This document shows, in pieces, positions 22,907 to 36,691 of a DNA stretch of 64,000 nt. The position numbers and the translations under genes were made by a program. The first letter of the stretch is position 1; the number at the start of each line of letters is the position of its first letter. Below the pieces are notes generated by a model, which saw only the letters and a list, made by a program, of their open reading frames with translations, was not told the origin of the DNA and made no database searches. Source of the stretch: Octopus sinensis (Eukaryota); assembly GCF_006345805.1 (NCBI RefSeq), contig NC_042999.1:62001-126000 (forward strand). The letters run 5' to 3'.

Positions 22907-23505
22907 AGGCAGCGAGCTGGCAGAAACGTTAGCACGCCGGGCGAAATACGTTGCCGTATTTCGTCTGCCGTTACGTTCTGAGTTCAAATTCCGCCGAGGT
23001 CGACTTTGCCTTTCATTCTTTCGAGGTCGATAAATTAAGTACCAGTTACGCACTGGGGTCGATGTAATCGACTTAATCCGTTTGTGTGTCCTTGTTTCTC
23101 CCCTCTGTGTTTAGCCCCTTGTGGGTAGTAAAGAAATAGGTATTTCGTCTGCCGCTACGTTCTGAGTTCAAATTCCGCCGAGGTCGACTTTGTCTTTCGT
23201 CCTTTCGGGGTCGATAAATTAAGTACCAGTTACGCACTGGGGTCAATGTAATCGACTTAATCCGTTCGTCTGTCCTTGTTTTATCCCTCTGTGTTTAACC
23301 CCTTGTGGGTAGTAAAGAAATAGGTATTTCGTCTGCCGTTACGTTCTGAGTTCAAATTCCGCCGAGGTCCACTTTGCCTTTCATCATTTCGAGGTCGATA
23401 AATTAAGTACCAGTTACGCACTGGGGTCGATGTAATCGACTTAATCCCTTTGTCTGTCTTTGTTTGTCCCGTCTGTGTTTAACCCCTTGTGGGTAGCAAA
23501 GAAAT
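22907..23505 (+). mobile_element. SINE family B tandem array (1 head plus 3 units of about 184 bp)
   Basis: Unit junction gaaataggtatttcgtctgccg at 23139 and 23323. Confidence 0.9.
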
Positions 23506-24487
23506 ATATATATTTATTTTAATTTGATATTAGCTTACTAATATGGAAAGTAGTTTCCCAGTCTTTGCTGTTTTGGTTTCGAGAAACCGCTGATCATTAT
23601 CCACGACAAAATCTAAATAATTTTCTTGTTGACAATTTTAAATAAAGCAAACTGCATACATATACATACAGAGTATAGAAAATTATGCTCATAAATAGTA
23701 AAGAAAAGAAACCACTATGATTTAATAATTCAAATTCATAAAATTGCTTTTAATATTGTTTTCTCTGTCTTGCTTTTATGGTGAGTTTGTCTTTAATTTG
23801 TTGTAATTGCTGGCAGCAACTGTTTGAAAGCGGAAACTGCAAGTAAAACAAAATGATACAGAAATTGACTAAATACCGATCGTTTACGCGTAATTGCGTA
23901 TTTAAAAAGTAATGTCGATGTATGTATACTTCTAAACATATGCATATTCAAATGTTGATATTTGTATGCATGGAAATTTACACATGTGTCAAAATGAATG
24001 TGATTATGTGTGATATTTGAATTTCATCTGTGTGTGTACAGTAATTAAAGTAAATACGTAATTTTATTCATATTATACCTGCAAATTTATGGATGTGTGT
24101 ATGTTGTCTATGCATAATGTATCGTGTGCATTCACTTCTACAAGTTGCTATTCCAACAACAACAACAACCACACTTAAACCAAAATATTTTGCAAATTAA
24201 TCATTAGCAGTTGACTTCAGCAAACCAGAAGTTAAATAAAAATAAGAATAAAAATATGAATAACAAAGATTAACTGTTTTGTACTAGTTGTAGTCTTAAC
24301 CAGAATGATTATACCTCCAAAAGCGTACAGGGACGATTCGGTACCAGCTTCGTAATCTACATTTGATATTTGAAAAATATTATAGCCTACACTAGTAAAA
24401 AGCATCTCTTATGCATATTTAATTCATATGTCCAAACTCAAACTGTAAACTGTGGATTTTAAATAAGATTTTCATATTAAGAACTGC

Positions 24488-24788
24488 AATAAAAAACGAT
24501 AAACGTCGCCCTTTTTTCAAGTCTAGCCAGGCTCATGGGCCCGGTTTCCCGGTTTCTATGGCGTATGTGTTCCCCGCCCCCAGCTGGACGGGACGCTAGT
24601 CCATCGCTGCGTAACTCAAGAAACAGAAAGAAAGTGTGAGAGAAAGTTGTGGCGAAAGAGTACAATAAGGGGTGAGCTTTTAGGTGTTTTCGCTCAATAA
24701 ACACACACAACACCCGGTCTGGGAATCGAAATCGCGATCCTCCGACCGCGAGTCCGCTGCCCTAACCACTGGGCCGTTGCGCCTCCAC
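24488..24788 (-). mobile_element. SINE family C head with family D-type 3' end
   Basis: Right end is the reverse complement of the family C head; left end matches the family D tail. Confidence 0.75.
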
Positions 24789-24864
24789 AAGAATTGCAAT
24801 AAGCCATTGAATAATCAGTTAATCAAATTTCAACATGTTGAAATAGTATGCGGTCCTATAAGCT

Positions 24865-25078
24865 TAAATACCTATTTCTTTACTGCCCACATGGGGCTAA
24901 ACACAGAGAGGACAAACAAGGACAGACAAAGGGATTAAGTCGATTATATCGACCCCATCCGAAAGGATGAAAGGCAAAGTCGACCTCGGCGGAATTTGAA
25001 CTCAGAACGTAGCGGCAGACGAAATACGGCAACGCATTTCGCCCGGCGTGCTAACGTTTCTACCAGCTCGTCGCCTTA
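24865..25078 (-). mobile_element. SINE family B
   Basis: Family B core, reverse orientation. Confidence 0.85.
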
Positions 25079-25329
25079 ATATAAGCTTAAATACCATTCA
25101 AGATAATCTGAAATTATTAAACAATTTTTAAATCATCAAACGATTCAGATATAACAACACAGTATTGTAGTGACCTCACTTTGCTTGTAATTCTCAGAGG
25201 TAGATTTTGTTTTAGAATAAATACAAATACTTAGTGGTTGTGACCATTTTGAGCACGGCGAAAAATGCTGCTCGAAACTTTGTTCTGCTCTTGGTATTCA
25301 GAGAAAAGAACATTTTATACTGAAAGTCT

Positions 25330-25545
25330 TATATTTCGTTTTTGGATTTGGTTTTCAAGGTTCTTTATATGAGTTCGTGTGTTGAAGCATATTCTGTTGT
25401 GTCTGGGGAGAGTCATTTTCTTTTTGTGCCTGATAATGTAACACACTCACCAGTAAAATTTCCACTTTTTTCTTATTTTTATTCTCCTAAAATTTTCGTT
25501 GCGTCTTGCAACCTTTTCAATAGTTTTGACTCTCTTATAGTTATC
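25330..25545 (+). mobile_element. Unclassified about 215-bp repeat (family F)
   Basis: Homologous pieces at 51920-51998, 52965-53104 (inverted) and 55385-55512 (inverted). Confidence 0.75.
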
Positions 25546-26027
25546 TTTTGCTATTTTATAAATTAATCAGAGTGACAGCAACCCTGCCAAATTCCCTTAC
25601 GTTTTTATACGAGGATACCAAAGCGCTACAGTTCTTTGATCTCTTGAGTTATTGCAGCATACAGGGAGCTGTATTTGGTGGTCTACATAGCTTTCTATGG
25701 CAAAAGTGGATGCTTGCTTTTCTAAGTTCTTCGAAATATAAATTATTAAGCATCTCTCCCCTGCACAATCATATATAGTTTAATAACAGAAAACGCAAAA
25801 AGAGGTCATCTGGCTTAATCTATCTTAATCAATTAATAATATTCCCTCGAATGGAAAAATATTTGCCATCTTGTAAGATTGCATTATTATGAAAGACATA
25901 AATGTAGGACCATCTTCGATACAATTCCAGTCAAAAAAAATTAACCAGCATTCACAAGCTTTGTTAATACCCTGTGATCCATTAATAATAGAAACATTTC
26001 AATTATCAAAACTCTAAAATGGTATTG

Positions 26028-26310
26028 TGGAGGCGCAATGCCCCAGTGGTTAGGGCAGCGGCTCTCGGTCGGAGGATCACAGTTTCGATTCCCAGACCGG
26101 GCGTTGTGTGTGTTTATTGAGCGAAAACACCTAAAGCTCCAAAAGGCTTCGGCAGGGGGTGGGGGGTGGCGACCCGGTTGTACTTTTTCGCCCCAACTTT
26201 CTCTCACTCTTTCTTTCTGTTTATGCTGTACCTGTATTTGAAAGGGCCAGCCTTGTCACACTCCATGTCATGCTGAATCTCCCCGAGAACTACATTAAGG
26301 GTACACATGT
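26028..26310 (+). mobile_element. SINE family C
   Basis: ggaggcgcaatgccccagtggttagggcagcggctctcgg...gtttcgattccc. Confidence 0.85.
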
Positions 26311-26689
26311 CTGTGGAGTGAGTAACGCTGCGAAGGACCACGCATTGAGACTGAACCCAGAACCAAGCTACTTACAACACAGCCACTCCTACACACAATA
26401 TGTATAAAATAAAATAAAATTTGTTGTATATCTACGATGGCTTTCTATAAACCCACAAACACAGACACTTCAAATTCAAATACCGCCCCATTACATGAGC
26501 CAATGACAACTTTAATATTTATCTTTGAAATATAACTATAAAATCTGTATTAGTAATTCTGATAATATATTTTAATGTTTTGATGTATAAAGTTAGAATC
26601 AAAAATGAATTTCTCCACGTTATCTGTCATGTGATAATAAAAGTTGTAATATATGTAATATTCTGCTAGTTAGTATAAAATGTATTACA

Positions 26690-26804
26690 TATATATCCAT
26701 ATGTATATATATGTATATGTATGTATGAATGTATACAATTACATATACGTGTAAGATATACATTTGTGTAATATATACATATGTAATATATACACATACA
26801 TGTG

Positions 26805-26874
<70 letters not shown>

Positions 26875-27017
26875 CATACATACGTATATATACACAAAGA
26901 TACGTACATATATGTATATATACATCTTAAATTTATGGCAGAATATCACACATTAAAACTTTTATTATCGCATGATGCAAGCTGTAATGTATGTAATATT
27001 CAGCAATTAATAAATAT

Positions 27018-27104
<87 letters not shown>

Positions 27105-27240
27105 ATTTAACCCATATGTTCTATTACCGAGTCTTACATTTCAATGTATCACATATATGTGTACACACACATACATAGACACACCTACACACACATACAG
27201 ACACACACACACACACATATACACACATGCACACACGCAC
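26690..27240. repeat. (TA)n and (CA)n microsatellites
   Basis: Read directly. Confidence 0.95.
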
Positions 27241-27309
27241 TCAGTGCGTGTGTTTATTAATGTTTATATATTAACGTATAGATATGCATATACTCTCTAC
27301 TCTTAATCT

Positions 27310-27712
27310 TTACTCTTTTACTTGTTTCAGTCATTTGACTGTGACCATGCTGGAGCACCGCCTTTAGTCGAGCAAATCGACCCCAGGACTTATTCTTTGT
27401 AAGCCTAGTACTTATTCTCTTTTGCCGAACCGCTAAGTTACGGGGACGTAAACACACCAGCATCGGTTGTTAAGCTATGTTGGGAGGACAAACACAGACA
27501 CAGACATATATATATACACACACATATATATATACATATACATATATACGACGGGCTTCTTGCAATTTCCGTCTACCAGATCCACTCACATAGCTTTGGT
27601 CGGCTCGAGGCTATAGTAGAAGACACTTGCCCAAGGTGCAACGCAGTGGGACTGAACCCAGGACCATGTGGTTCGTAAGCAAGCTACTTACCACACAGCC
27701 ACTCCTACGCAT
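27310..27712 (-). mobile_element. SINE family A
   Basis: As 7088-7493. Confidence 0.88.
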
Positions 27713-28064
27713 ATGTGTGTGTGTGTATGTTCCCTTCTATTTTTAGTTAGGAGTTTTCCTGTAAAATATTCTTGGTCTTTAACGAAAATGCAAAGCTCTA
27801 TCTTTGGATTGTATGATAACAAAATATATGTATGCGTATGTTAAACCAAGCCCCGTGTTTAAATCGTAGTTTTCAACAGCCTTGAATGATTAGGAACTAG
27901 TGTTATTACACTCTCATCAAAGATCGAGTCCAAGAGCATTTGAAGTTACTCAAAGCGACTAGAAAATACATTTAGAAAATGTAAAGAAATTTGTGCCGCT
28001 GCACAAATGTCGATGACCAATAGCGATGTAAAACATAATAGATTATCAATAAATGTATTTACAG

Positions 28065-28490
28065 AAGGCGGCGAGCTGGCAGAAACGTTAGCACGCCGGG
28101 CGAAATGTTCAGCGGTGTTTCGTCTGTCTTTATGTTCTGAGTTCAAATTCCGCCGAGGTCGCCTTTGCCTTTCATCCTTTCGGGGTCAATAAACTAAATA
28201 CTAGTTACGTACTGGCGTCGATGTAATCGACTTAATCCATTTGTCTGTTCTTGTTTGTCCCCTCTATGTTTAGCCCCTTGTGGGCAATAAAGAAATAAGA
28301 AACGTTAGTACGTCGGGCCGAAATGCTTAGCAGTGTTTCGTCTGTCTTTACGCTCTGAGTTCAAATTCCGCCGAGGTCGACTTTGCCTTTCATCCTTTCG
28401 GAGTCGATAAATTAAGTACCAGCTGCGTACTGGAATCGATTTAATCGACTTGCTCTTTCTCCAAAAACTTCGGGCTAAGAGTAGAAAAGA
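28065..28490 (+). mobile_element. SINE family B, 2 units
   Basis: Head plus repeated core. Confidence 0.85.
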
Positions 28491-28716
28491 CTAAATATAT
28501 TTACAGAGTTAGATAATCTATTGATACATTCAGTCTCGCAAGTAGAATAGGTACCTTGGTAATATATATATATATATATATGTAATCAAAACAAGCTACT
28601 GCATTACCCCTGGATATCCTTGTTGTTTATTTTGATTATAATCACCTTATTTTAAATTCCATGGATAATACCATACTAAATTCTGGTGCCTTCTTCTTAA
28701 GTACCATATTCATCCG

Positions 28717-28770
<54 letters not shown>

Positions 28771-28844
28771 GTGCAATCAGAAGAGTGGAACGGAAATCGA
28801 AACGCCTAATTTCGTCTTTAAATAATAGTAATAATCATTTCTGC

Positions 28845-29220
28845 TATAGGCACAAGGCCTGAAATTTGTGGGGAGGGGTTAAGTCGATTACATCGATTCC
28901 AGTACTCGACTGATACTTAATTTATTGGCCCCGAAAAAATGAAAGGCATGGTCGACCTCGGTAGAGCTTGAACTCAGAACGTAGCAATGAGAGAAATATC
29001 TATTTCTTCACTACCCACATAGAGGGGACAAACAAAGACAGACAAACGGATTAAGTCGATTACATCGACCACAGTGCATAACCGGTACTTAATTTATCGA
29101 CCCAGAAAAGATGAAAGGCAAATTCGACCTCGGCGGAATTTGAACTCAGGACGTAGCAGCAGACGAAATACTGCTAAGCATTTCGACCGACGTGCTAACG
29201 TTTCTGCCAGCTCGCTGTCA
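28845..29220 (-). mobile_element. SINE family B, 2 units
   Basis: Reverse orientation, head at the right. Confidence 0.85.
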
Positions 29221-29237
29221 TGAATAATAGTAATAAC

Positions 29238-29582
29238 GATGCAATATTAGGCAGTGGCTCTCATGACGTCTGATCTTAGCTGCCTGGAAATGTTATGCAC
29301 ATGTTTTGTACTGATAAAAAACGATGGACTGCAGTAAATATTCTGCTCAATACCACATATTTGCTTGACCTTAACCAACGGAGCATGCGTATCTCTGATA
29401 ATGAGCTGGAGTAGTAGGGGAACATCATAGCTGTGTGTTTGAGGGATTCTTTGGGGCTTGAATAATTCACACCTGGAAGCATTGGTGTTTCGTTCAGTCC
29501 GTATTCGAAGAACTTTTGAACGGGATGGGATACTCGACCTGAAGAAAATTCTAACTGGGCTTCAACCACAAGGTCATGTGTT
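29238..29582 (+). mobile_element. Family M element, degenerate 5' part
   Basis: Matches 50295-50690. Confidence 0.8.
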
Positions 29583-29715
29583 GCTCCCTCACTCATCATT
29601 GCGGTACCAAAATAATGCAAATGCGATTTGCATCGCATTGTGACTAACGATGTATAACAATATCCAACAGTTTGATCGATAAAATGTTATATATATATGC
29701 TCACATACATACACC

Positions 29716-29747
<32 letters not shown>

Positions 29748-30016
29748 TGTATGTATGTATTTATGTATGTATGTATGTATGTATGTATGTATGCATTTAG
29801 GTATTAATGTATGTATACGTAAAATCTTCACAGCCTTGGTTGTTTTATCTCGTTCTGATAAAAAAATTATACATACACACGCTGATATATGACTTACGTT
29901 GGACTCCTTATTCGCATAATCACCGAACCTGGAGCTTAACTATGGTCTATCCAAAGCACTTACTCAGCATTACCTGACACCTTTGGATCTTGCTGACACC
30001 ATTACCACTTATAACC

Positions 30017-30074
<58 letters not shown>

Positions 30075-30427
30075 ATAATAAAATAGGGTAATGATAAATT
30101 ATTAGTACCAGTGACCTAGCACAAAAACGAATTAGTCATTAGACTATATATTATTCATATAGAAATACAATAAGAGGCTTCCAAATAGGAAAGCGTTGTG
30201 CTAGAAATAGTAGTAGAAATCTCAAGACCACAAAAAAGGATAAATTCACGAAAGGAATGAAAATTAAAAACGTTTACCATCTCAACTATATATATATATT
30301 ATATTAAATTAGAGATAAAACCACTATTAGGCAAATCATACAATGAAAAACTTAAGCCAATACATAAGATTATTTAATTTATATTATTTAAATATATAAC
30401 AAAATTATTTAAAAAATATAACTAATA

Positions 30428-30497
30428 TAACACTACGATCGTTTCATGGCTGTTAATTTCTTTAAATTTTCGAGTTACAATCATTCATCAGGTGGTT
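30428..30497 (-). ncRNA. Type I hammerhead ribozyme motif
   Basis: aaccac CTGATGA atgattgt..acagccat GAAAC gatc GTA gtgtta; stem II 7 of 8 pairs, palindromic stem III ACGATCGT, short helix I. Confidence 0.65.
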
Positions 30498-30565
30498 TAA
30501 ATATTTAACTTGGATTCAATACTAAATCTGATTTTCCCTGTAAGTTTGGATTTATTCCCTAATAT

Positions 30566-30614
<49 letters not shown>

Positions 30615-31599
30615 ATAATATATATATATATACTAAGGCATTTTTTATGTGGACCGTTTAGACGCAGAAGTGACAAATCTAAAGAGAACTATTCGCTGTT
30701 ATTTCATTTTAGAAAATAAACAAAGCCAATAACATTTGTATCCCCTGGGAGCCTTATTTTCGTATTCTTTTAAATATATATTTATCTATTTACTTTCAGT
30801 GTTTATTTTTCGTCTGTTGACTCGTTAAAACGAACTTGAAAGGAAATACACCAACAACTGTTTATGTTCTCCTCTGCTAATTTTATAACCAATTCCTTAT
30901 AACATTAATGTTACCGCTCATCTTTTTCTTTTTTGTTCCGATTTTTCATCAAGTTCGTTTATTTTTTGTTTTATCATTATTATATTTTTTTTACTTTGTT
31001 TTGTTAACCGCTTGGAAATCCTACATTTAAAATCTAAAATATCATTTAATGACGTTGAAAACTAATTGGAATATATTGTTTTCGCGAGCAATGGTGCCAT
31101 TTGTTTTAGTCGAGACTCTCATATCAATCGTCGCTCTTCATTATGAAGTATTATTGGTTTAACACAAAATACCAGACAGAGACCACTTGTTCGGGTGATC
31201 TGTTGTTCGCTTCTTGGTAACTTTATCACATTGTTTTATAAAACTAGACACGAGACATTCTGATTTACTAAAACTTTACTTTAGTATGGCTTCAATTGTT
31301 ATTTTATTTATTCATATTTCAATTTACCACAGGGCAGAATCACATTAGTATTGAATAACCATTGACGTTTGTATATTTATGTATTTAATTTTAGCCAATT
31401 GCTTATTGATAAGGCTTGGCGAAAACAAAACACTGCTTTTTTTGTGACGATATTTCTCTTCTGGCTTTCGTTTTTGCACTTCCTTTTTCTTTTACCTTTT
31501 TCTTACTTTACACTTTTCTTTCTACCTTTAGTTATTTTATTCTGTTTCTCTTTCACTAATTCTTTTTTCTTGCCTCATCTCTGTCTGTCTGTTTACACG

Positions 31600-31602
31600 T
31601 CG

Positions 31603-31678
<76 letters not shown>

Positions 31679-31683
31679 GTCTA

Positions 31684-31748
<65 letters not shown>

Positions 31749-31750
31749 AT
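31600..31750. repeat. (TCTA)n/(TCTG)n microsatellite
   Basis: Read directly; also 32120-32225. Confidence 0.95.
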
Positions 31751-32123
31751 TCTTTTACTTGTTTCAGTCATTTGACTGTGGCCATGCTAGAGCACCGCCT
31801 TTAGTCGAGCAAATCGACCCCCACGACATATTCTTTGCTGAACCGCTAAGTTACGGGGACGTAAACACACCCGCATCGGTTGTCAAGCGACGTGGTGGTG
31901 GTGGTGGTGGGGGTCAAACACAGACACACAAACACACACACACGCAAACACACACACACACCTACATACATATATACGACGTTTCCGTCTACCAAATCCG
32001 TTCACAAGGCTTTGGTCGGCCCGAGACTATAGTAGAAGACATCTGTCCAAGGTGCCACGCAGTGGGACTGGACCCAGAGCCATGTGGTTAGTAAGCAAGC
32101 TACTTACCACAGCCATTCCTATG
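31749..32123 (-). mobile_element. SINE family A with internal deletions
   Basis: As above. Confidence 0.85.
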
Positions 32124-32192
<69 letters not shown>

Positions 32193-32936
32193 ATATCTAT
32201 CTATCTATCTATCCATCTATCCATCTACCAATCCACTTTTCTGTCTCAGTGCATCCTAAGTAAATCCTGAGATCTGAGACGTTGGTGTCGCCATAAAGTA
32301 TTCATAATAAACATAAAAACGAAATATTTTTCTTTATGGCCCAATATATTCAATGTATTGACATTTTCTGACCGTTTTCTAAGTCTCCTGATTACGAACT
32401 TAATTTATCAAACACGCTCATCTTCGCAGGTATTCAAAAATAATGGTCATTACGTATTATTCCTTTATTGGAACAAATTTGGCTCACAGCTGTTTCCAGT
32501 GGTCATTATAGGTACGGATTTGCAATATTGAATTCTGATGATTCATAACCTTGTACAGATTACTTGGAGTTCTTTACTAATCCAAGTAATATTGTTAGCC
32601 TGGTTTGTCAACACACAGCTTATGAAGTATTTGGCCCTGACTGATAATCCCTCATTAGTTGTTCTCTCTCTCTCTCTCTCTCTCTCTCTTCCTCTCTCTC
32701 TCATATAGATAAGTTAACATTCGTTTTGTTTATTATTTTTATTTTTATTTCGTATTTTTTATTCGTATTTTTATCCTCTTTTATTCCTTAAAATTTTAAG
32801 GTTCATTCATTATTCTTATTTTTATTCTTATTCATTAATTTGTAAAGTAAAATTATTTTAAAGATTTTTAGTCAAATAATTTCAATTATCATAGAGTTAT
32901 ATAGGATGTAGATAGAGTAATAAATGTGTAGAATCC

Positions 32937-33036
32937 AGACCTGAAGATTGGGAGTACGTCGATTTAATTGAGTATTGAAACTAGAGACCTTATATCTCAA
33001 CAATGCCGACATACTGTGATGAAACACGTGTTGTCT
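32937..33036 (+). ncRNA. Degenerate type I hammerhead-like motif
   Basis: agac CTGAAGA ..agtacgtcg...cgacatact.. GAAAC acgt GTT gtct; base of stem II is disrupted. Confidence 0.4.
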
Positions 33037-33167
33037 TTAAAATGGAAAGTATGGGATTCTGAAGAGATATAGTAAGTATCATATTTAATATTCTATGGCT
33101 CGGTTGGGTATAATATCATTCAATGTTGATTGAGTTGAGCGTGGTTCTGTCTCTAAAACTACATTTT

Positions 33168-33212
<45 letters not shown>

Positions 33213-33779
33213 TAGTTATAATAAGGGCACTAATGAGTAGCGTCACATGCTAGAATAGATGCAAAATGGCTCTAAGAACTACAGTATTTACCATACTGGC
33301 ACGGGTTGAAAGTGAGGGAAGTGAGCAAAAAAGATTTTTTAAAAGGTTTTAACCATAGACCTATTTCTAGTTTAGGAATGTAACCCCCTTTACCGTCATC
33401 AGTATGTATATAATACTCAATGTATATAATTACATACATACATACATACATACGTATATATATACGAGCAAAACGCCCCTCCCCGTCCAATGGACGGTGC
33501 TGAGTTGTCAAACATTTAAACCAAATTTTCTCAAAACAACTTGTCCGACCGTCCCATAGGCCTCCTCTTTGAGAAACACTGATTTAACCTAAATTTGAGA
33601 TACCAGCAAAAGAAGAAATAAAGATAGACATTTTTTCTATTCCAAAGAAAAACGCTTTTATTCACACAAATATGCAACCGAAGAGTTTAAAGTACCAGTA
33701 ATGATAAGGCTGTTGACTGGGAGAACACAAACATGGTTTAAATAGTAAGCTTGGCAGGAAAGAAGAGTGCGTTTAAGCA

Positions 33780-34000
33780 GTATAAAAACAAAAAAAAAAA
33801 TGGACGGTGCAGTTATGTACAGGTTGATGGACAAAAAGCAGGACAAAAAGGGCTTTATCGATCGCATTCTCACATGGAATCGATTTTTGTAATTTTTTGT
33901 AATTTTTCGGTATATCAAATTTGAGCGCAATCGGATGGAAGATACCCGAGATCCTAGAAGACACACACACAGACAGACAGAACGGATTTTATATAATAGA
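33780..34000 (-). mobile_element. Helitron-like 5' end
   Basis: Reverse complement begins tctattatataaaatccgttctgtctgtctg, like the other Helitron 5' ends; 3' end not found. Confidence 0.45.
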
Positions 34001-34225
34001 TATCTATATATACACGATGAGCTTCTTTCAGTTTCCATCTACCAAATCCACTCACATGGCTTTGGTTGTCAACACACCAGCATCGGTTGTCAAGCGATGG
34101 TGGGGGACAAACACACGCAGTGGGACTGAACCCGGAACAATGTGGATGGGAAGCAAGCTTCTTACCTCACAGCCACTCCTAAAATATTAAAATATCTCGT
34201 GCATTGTAGTAGTATAGGCAATTCA

Positions 34226-34609
34226 TCTCTCTATATATAAACGGCAGTTTGTCTGTCTGTGTGTCTGTGTGTCTGTCAGGTTGTACCCTCACCCTGACCA
34301 TGGCTTTCAACCGATTCTGATGAAACTTGACACACGCACAGCCCAATGTCATAATTCAAAACTAACGCAGCGAAAATTTTGAAAAGTTCCTCCAGTTCTG
34401 AAAAAAATCGATAAATTCGACATGGGGTCGAGAATCAGAAACACAAACCACAGACTGTCTAGGGGACGCAACTCGACCTTTTTAACTCTCAAAAGAAAAT
34501 TTACCATAATTTTTTTTCCATTTTTTTCTATTTTTGGCTATAACTCTCTAAAAATGCTTTATAGTTATTTCCCTTACAAACCCCGAGCAACGCCGGGCGA
34601 TACTGCTAG
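34226..34609 (+). mobile_element. Non-autonomous Helitron
   Basis: a|TCTCTCTATATATAAAC ... ccccgagcaacgccgggcgatactgCTAG|t. Confidence 0.85.
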
Positions 34610-35149
34610 TAATACATAAATTTGAACTACAAACTCTTATATGGTCCCCCAAGGGTAATATGGACCTTGGTTGAGAACGACCGCTCTTAAGATTCTGCCA
34701 ATAACAACATTATCACCACCGATAGCATTAAAATGCATTCTCCTGTATTCTTGGACAATATTTCATCTTTAAGATCAGTTGAATTAAAGAAATGGACGTT
34801 TCTGCATCTTTGTGAAAAAACATTAACTAAATCAACTGGAAAAAGTTCATATATTCCTATATTTGAGTAGCGCCTAGAAATGATTCTATGAATTTATTTT
34901 TTTCTTATTTCTTCTACTTATTCTCATATCTTTTTCTGCTTCGTTCTGTTTTTTTTTTCCAAAGGGTTTATGAGTGAATAGAAGAAAAATGGATGTCGTA
35001 CATAAAGAAATAAAACTTCTGTCGAGATCGTTTTTTTTCCTTCTCTTTCTTTAAACTATCTTCGCTTCTCCATTAACTTTCCTGTGAATAATTTTCGATT
35101 GATAGTAGTTTTAAGACTTGTACAGGTTTCTTTTCTCGTTATACACACA

Positions 35150-35356
35150 CCTGTATACATGCATGCAAGCATATATAAATATATAATATTGTATATGTCA
35201 TAAATATGATATATATGATACACAAACACACATATATATAATGTAAATATATATCATATATATGTTATGTGTATTTATATATAATATATATGATATATAT
35301 ATTATGATATATATATATATACAAATATATATGCATATATATGTATATATATATGC

Positions 35357-35411
<55 letters not shown>

Positions 35412-35440
35412 TTTATACATATATGTATATATATATATGC

Positions 35441-35489
<49 letters not shown>

Positions 35490-35496
35490 TTATACA

Positions 35497-35542
<46 letters not shown>

Positions 35543-35713
35543 ACTATGATACCTATATGTGTGTATGTATATGATACTATGGTGTATATATATATATATA
35601 TATTTATTATCATATATAATACATATATGTGATATATACGTATCATATATACATATATTATATTATATCTTATATTATATTATATTATATATTATATATA
35701 TTATATTATATTA

Positions 35714-35780
<67 letters not shown>
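35150..35780. repeat. (TA)n-rich microsatellite
   Basis: Read directly. Confidence 0.95.
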
Positions 35781-36549
35781 ATCTTATATCTACACTGGAA
35801 ATCTCAGCATGGTTGAACTGTTACCAAAATTTCACATTTCCTTTCCAGTTATCTAAATAATAAACAACAATCACGAATTGTGTTATTTATGAATATAGCT
35901 GACGTCGCTTACTGGATGAATTTCGGTGAGTCAAATGTCAAAAAACGATCCTCTTAATTCTAAAATGCCTACCTAAGTCATATCTGAAGAAAAATGCCAA
36001 AAAAAAAAAAAAAAATGCCCCAAAAAACCCGAACGAGGAAAATAATAAAAATAATCATTAAAATAAAATAAAGAAAAATATCAGATAAAAAAAAATTAAG
36101 AATAAAAATAAATTTAACTCAAATAAAATTGTCAGTACTTATACAATCATAGTCTGTCAACACCGTCAATAGCAATAACAACAACAACAAGAACAATATG
36201 CCATCAAATCCATCTCGAATAATATCTATCGGGGACACTTTAATGTCCCTTGTTAGATAATGGGTTGCGCGTGCACCATACTCCCAGCGTGTGATATTTT
36301 TCTCACCAATGTCCATCATAAATTGCTCATAAGAAGCTAATGTCGCGTGAATTATTTCTCATTTCTTTATATATATATCCAGAATCGCGGTCATCACCAT
36401 ATTTTTTTTTTTTGGTTTTTCCTATTTTTTTTCTATATGCAAGAAGTGGGTGTTTTCTATATTTTTATATTTTTATATTTTTATATTTTATTGCCGTGTC
36501 ATAGAAGTTTCTCGGAGCTATCAAGAATGAAATATTAATGTTCGCGAAG

Positions 36550-36611
36550 ACAACGACGACGACGACGACGATGATAGCGGCGGCGCTGACGACGATGATG
36601 GTGGTGGTGAC

Positions 36612-36691
<80 letters not shown>

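Noticed and set aside
22907-23505. CRISPR-like repeat array
   Set aside because: Units are about 184-bp SINE bodies with no unique spacers; eukaryotic context.
25606-25770. Minus-strand exon candidate (GERCLIIY...VALWYPRIK)
   Set aside because: Phase does not join neighbouring candidates; WYPR is also compatible with a decayed RTE C-terminus.
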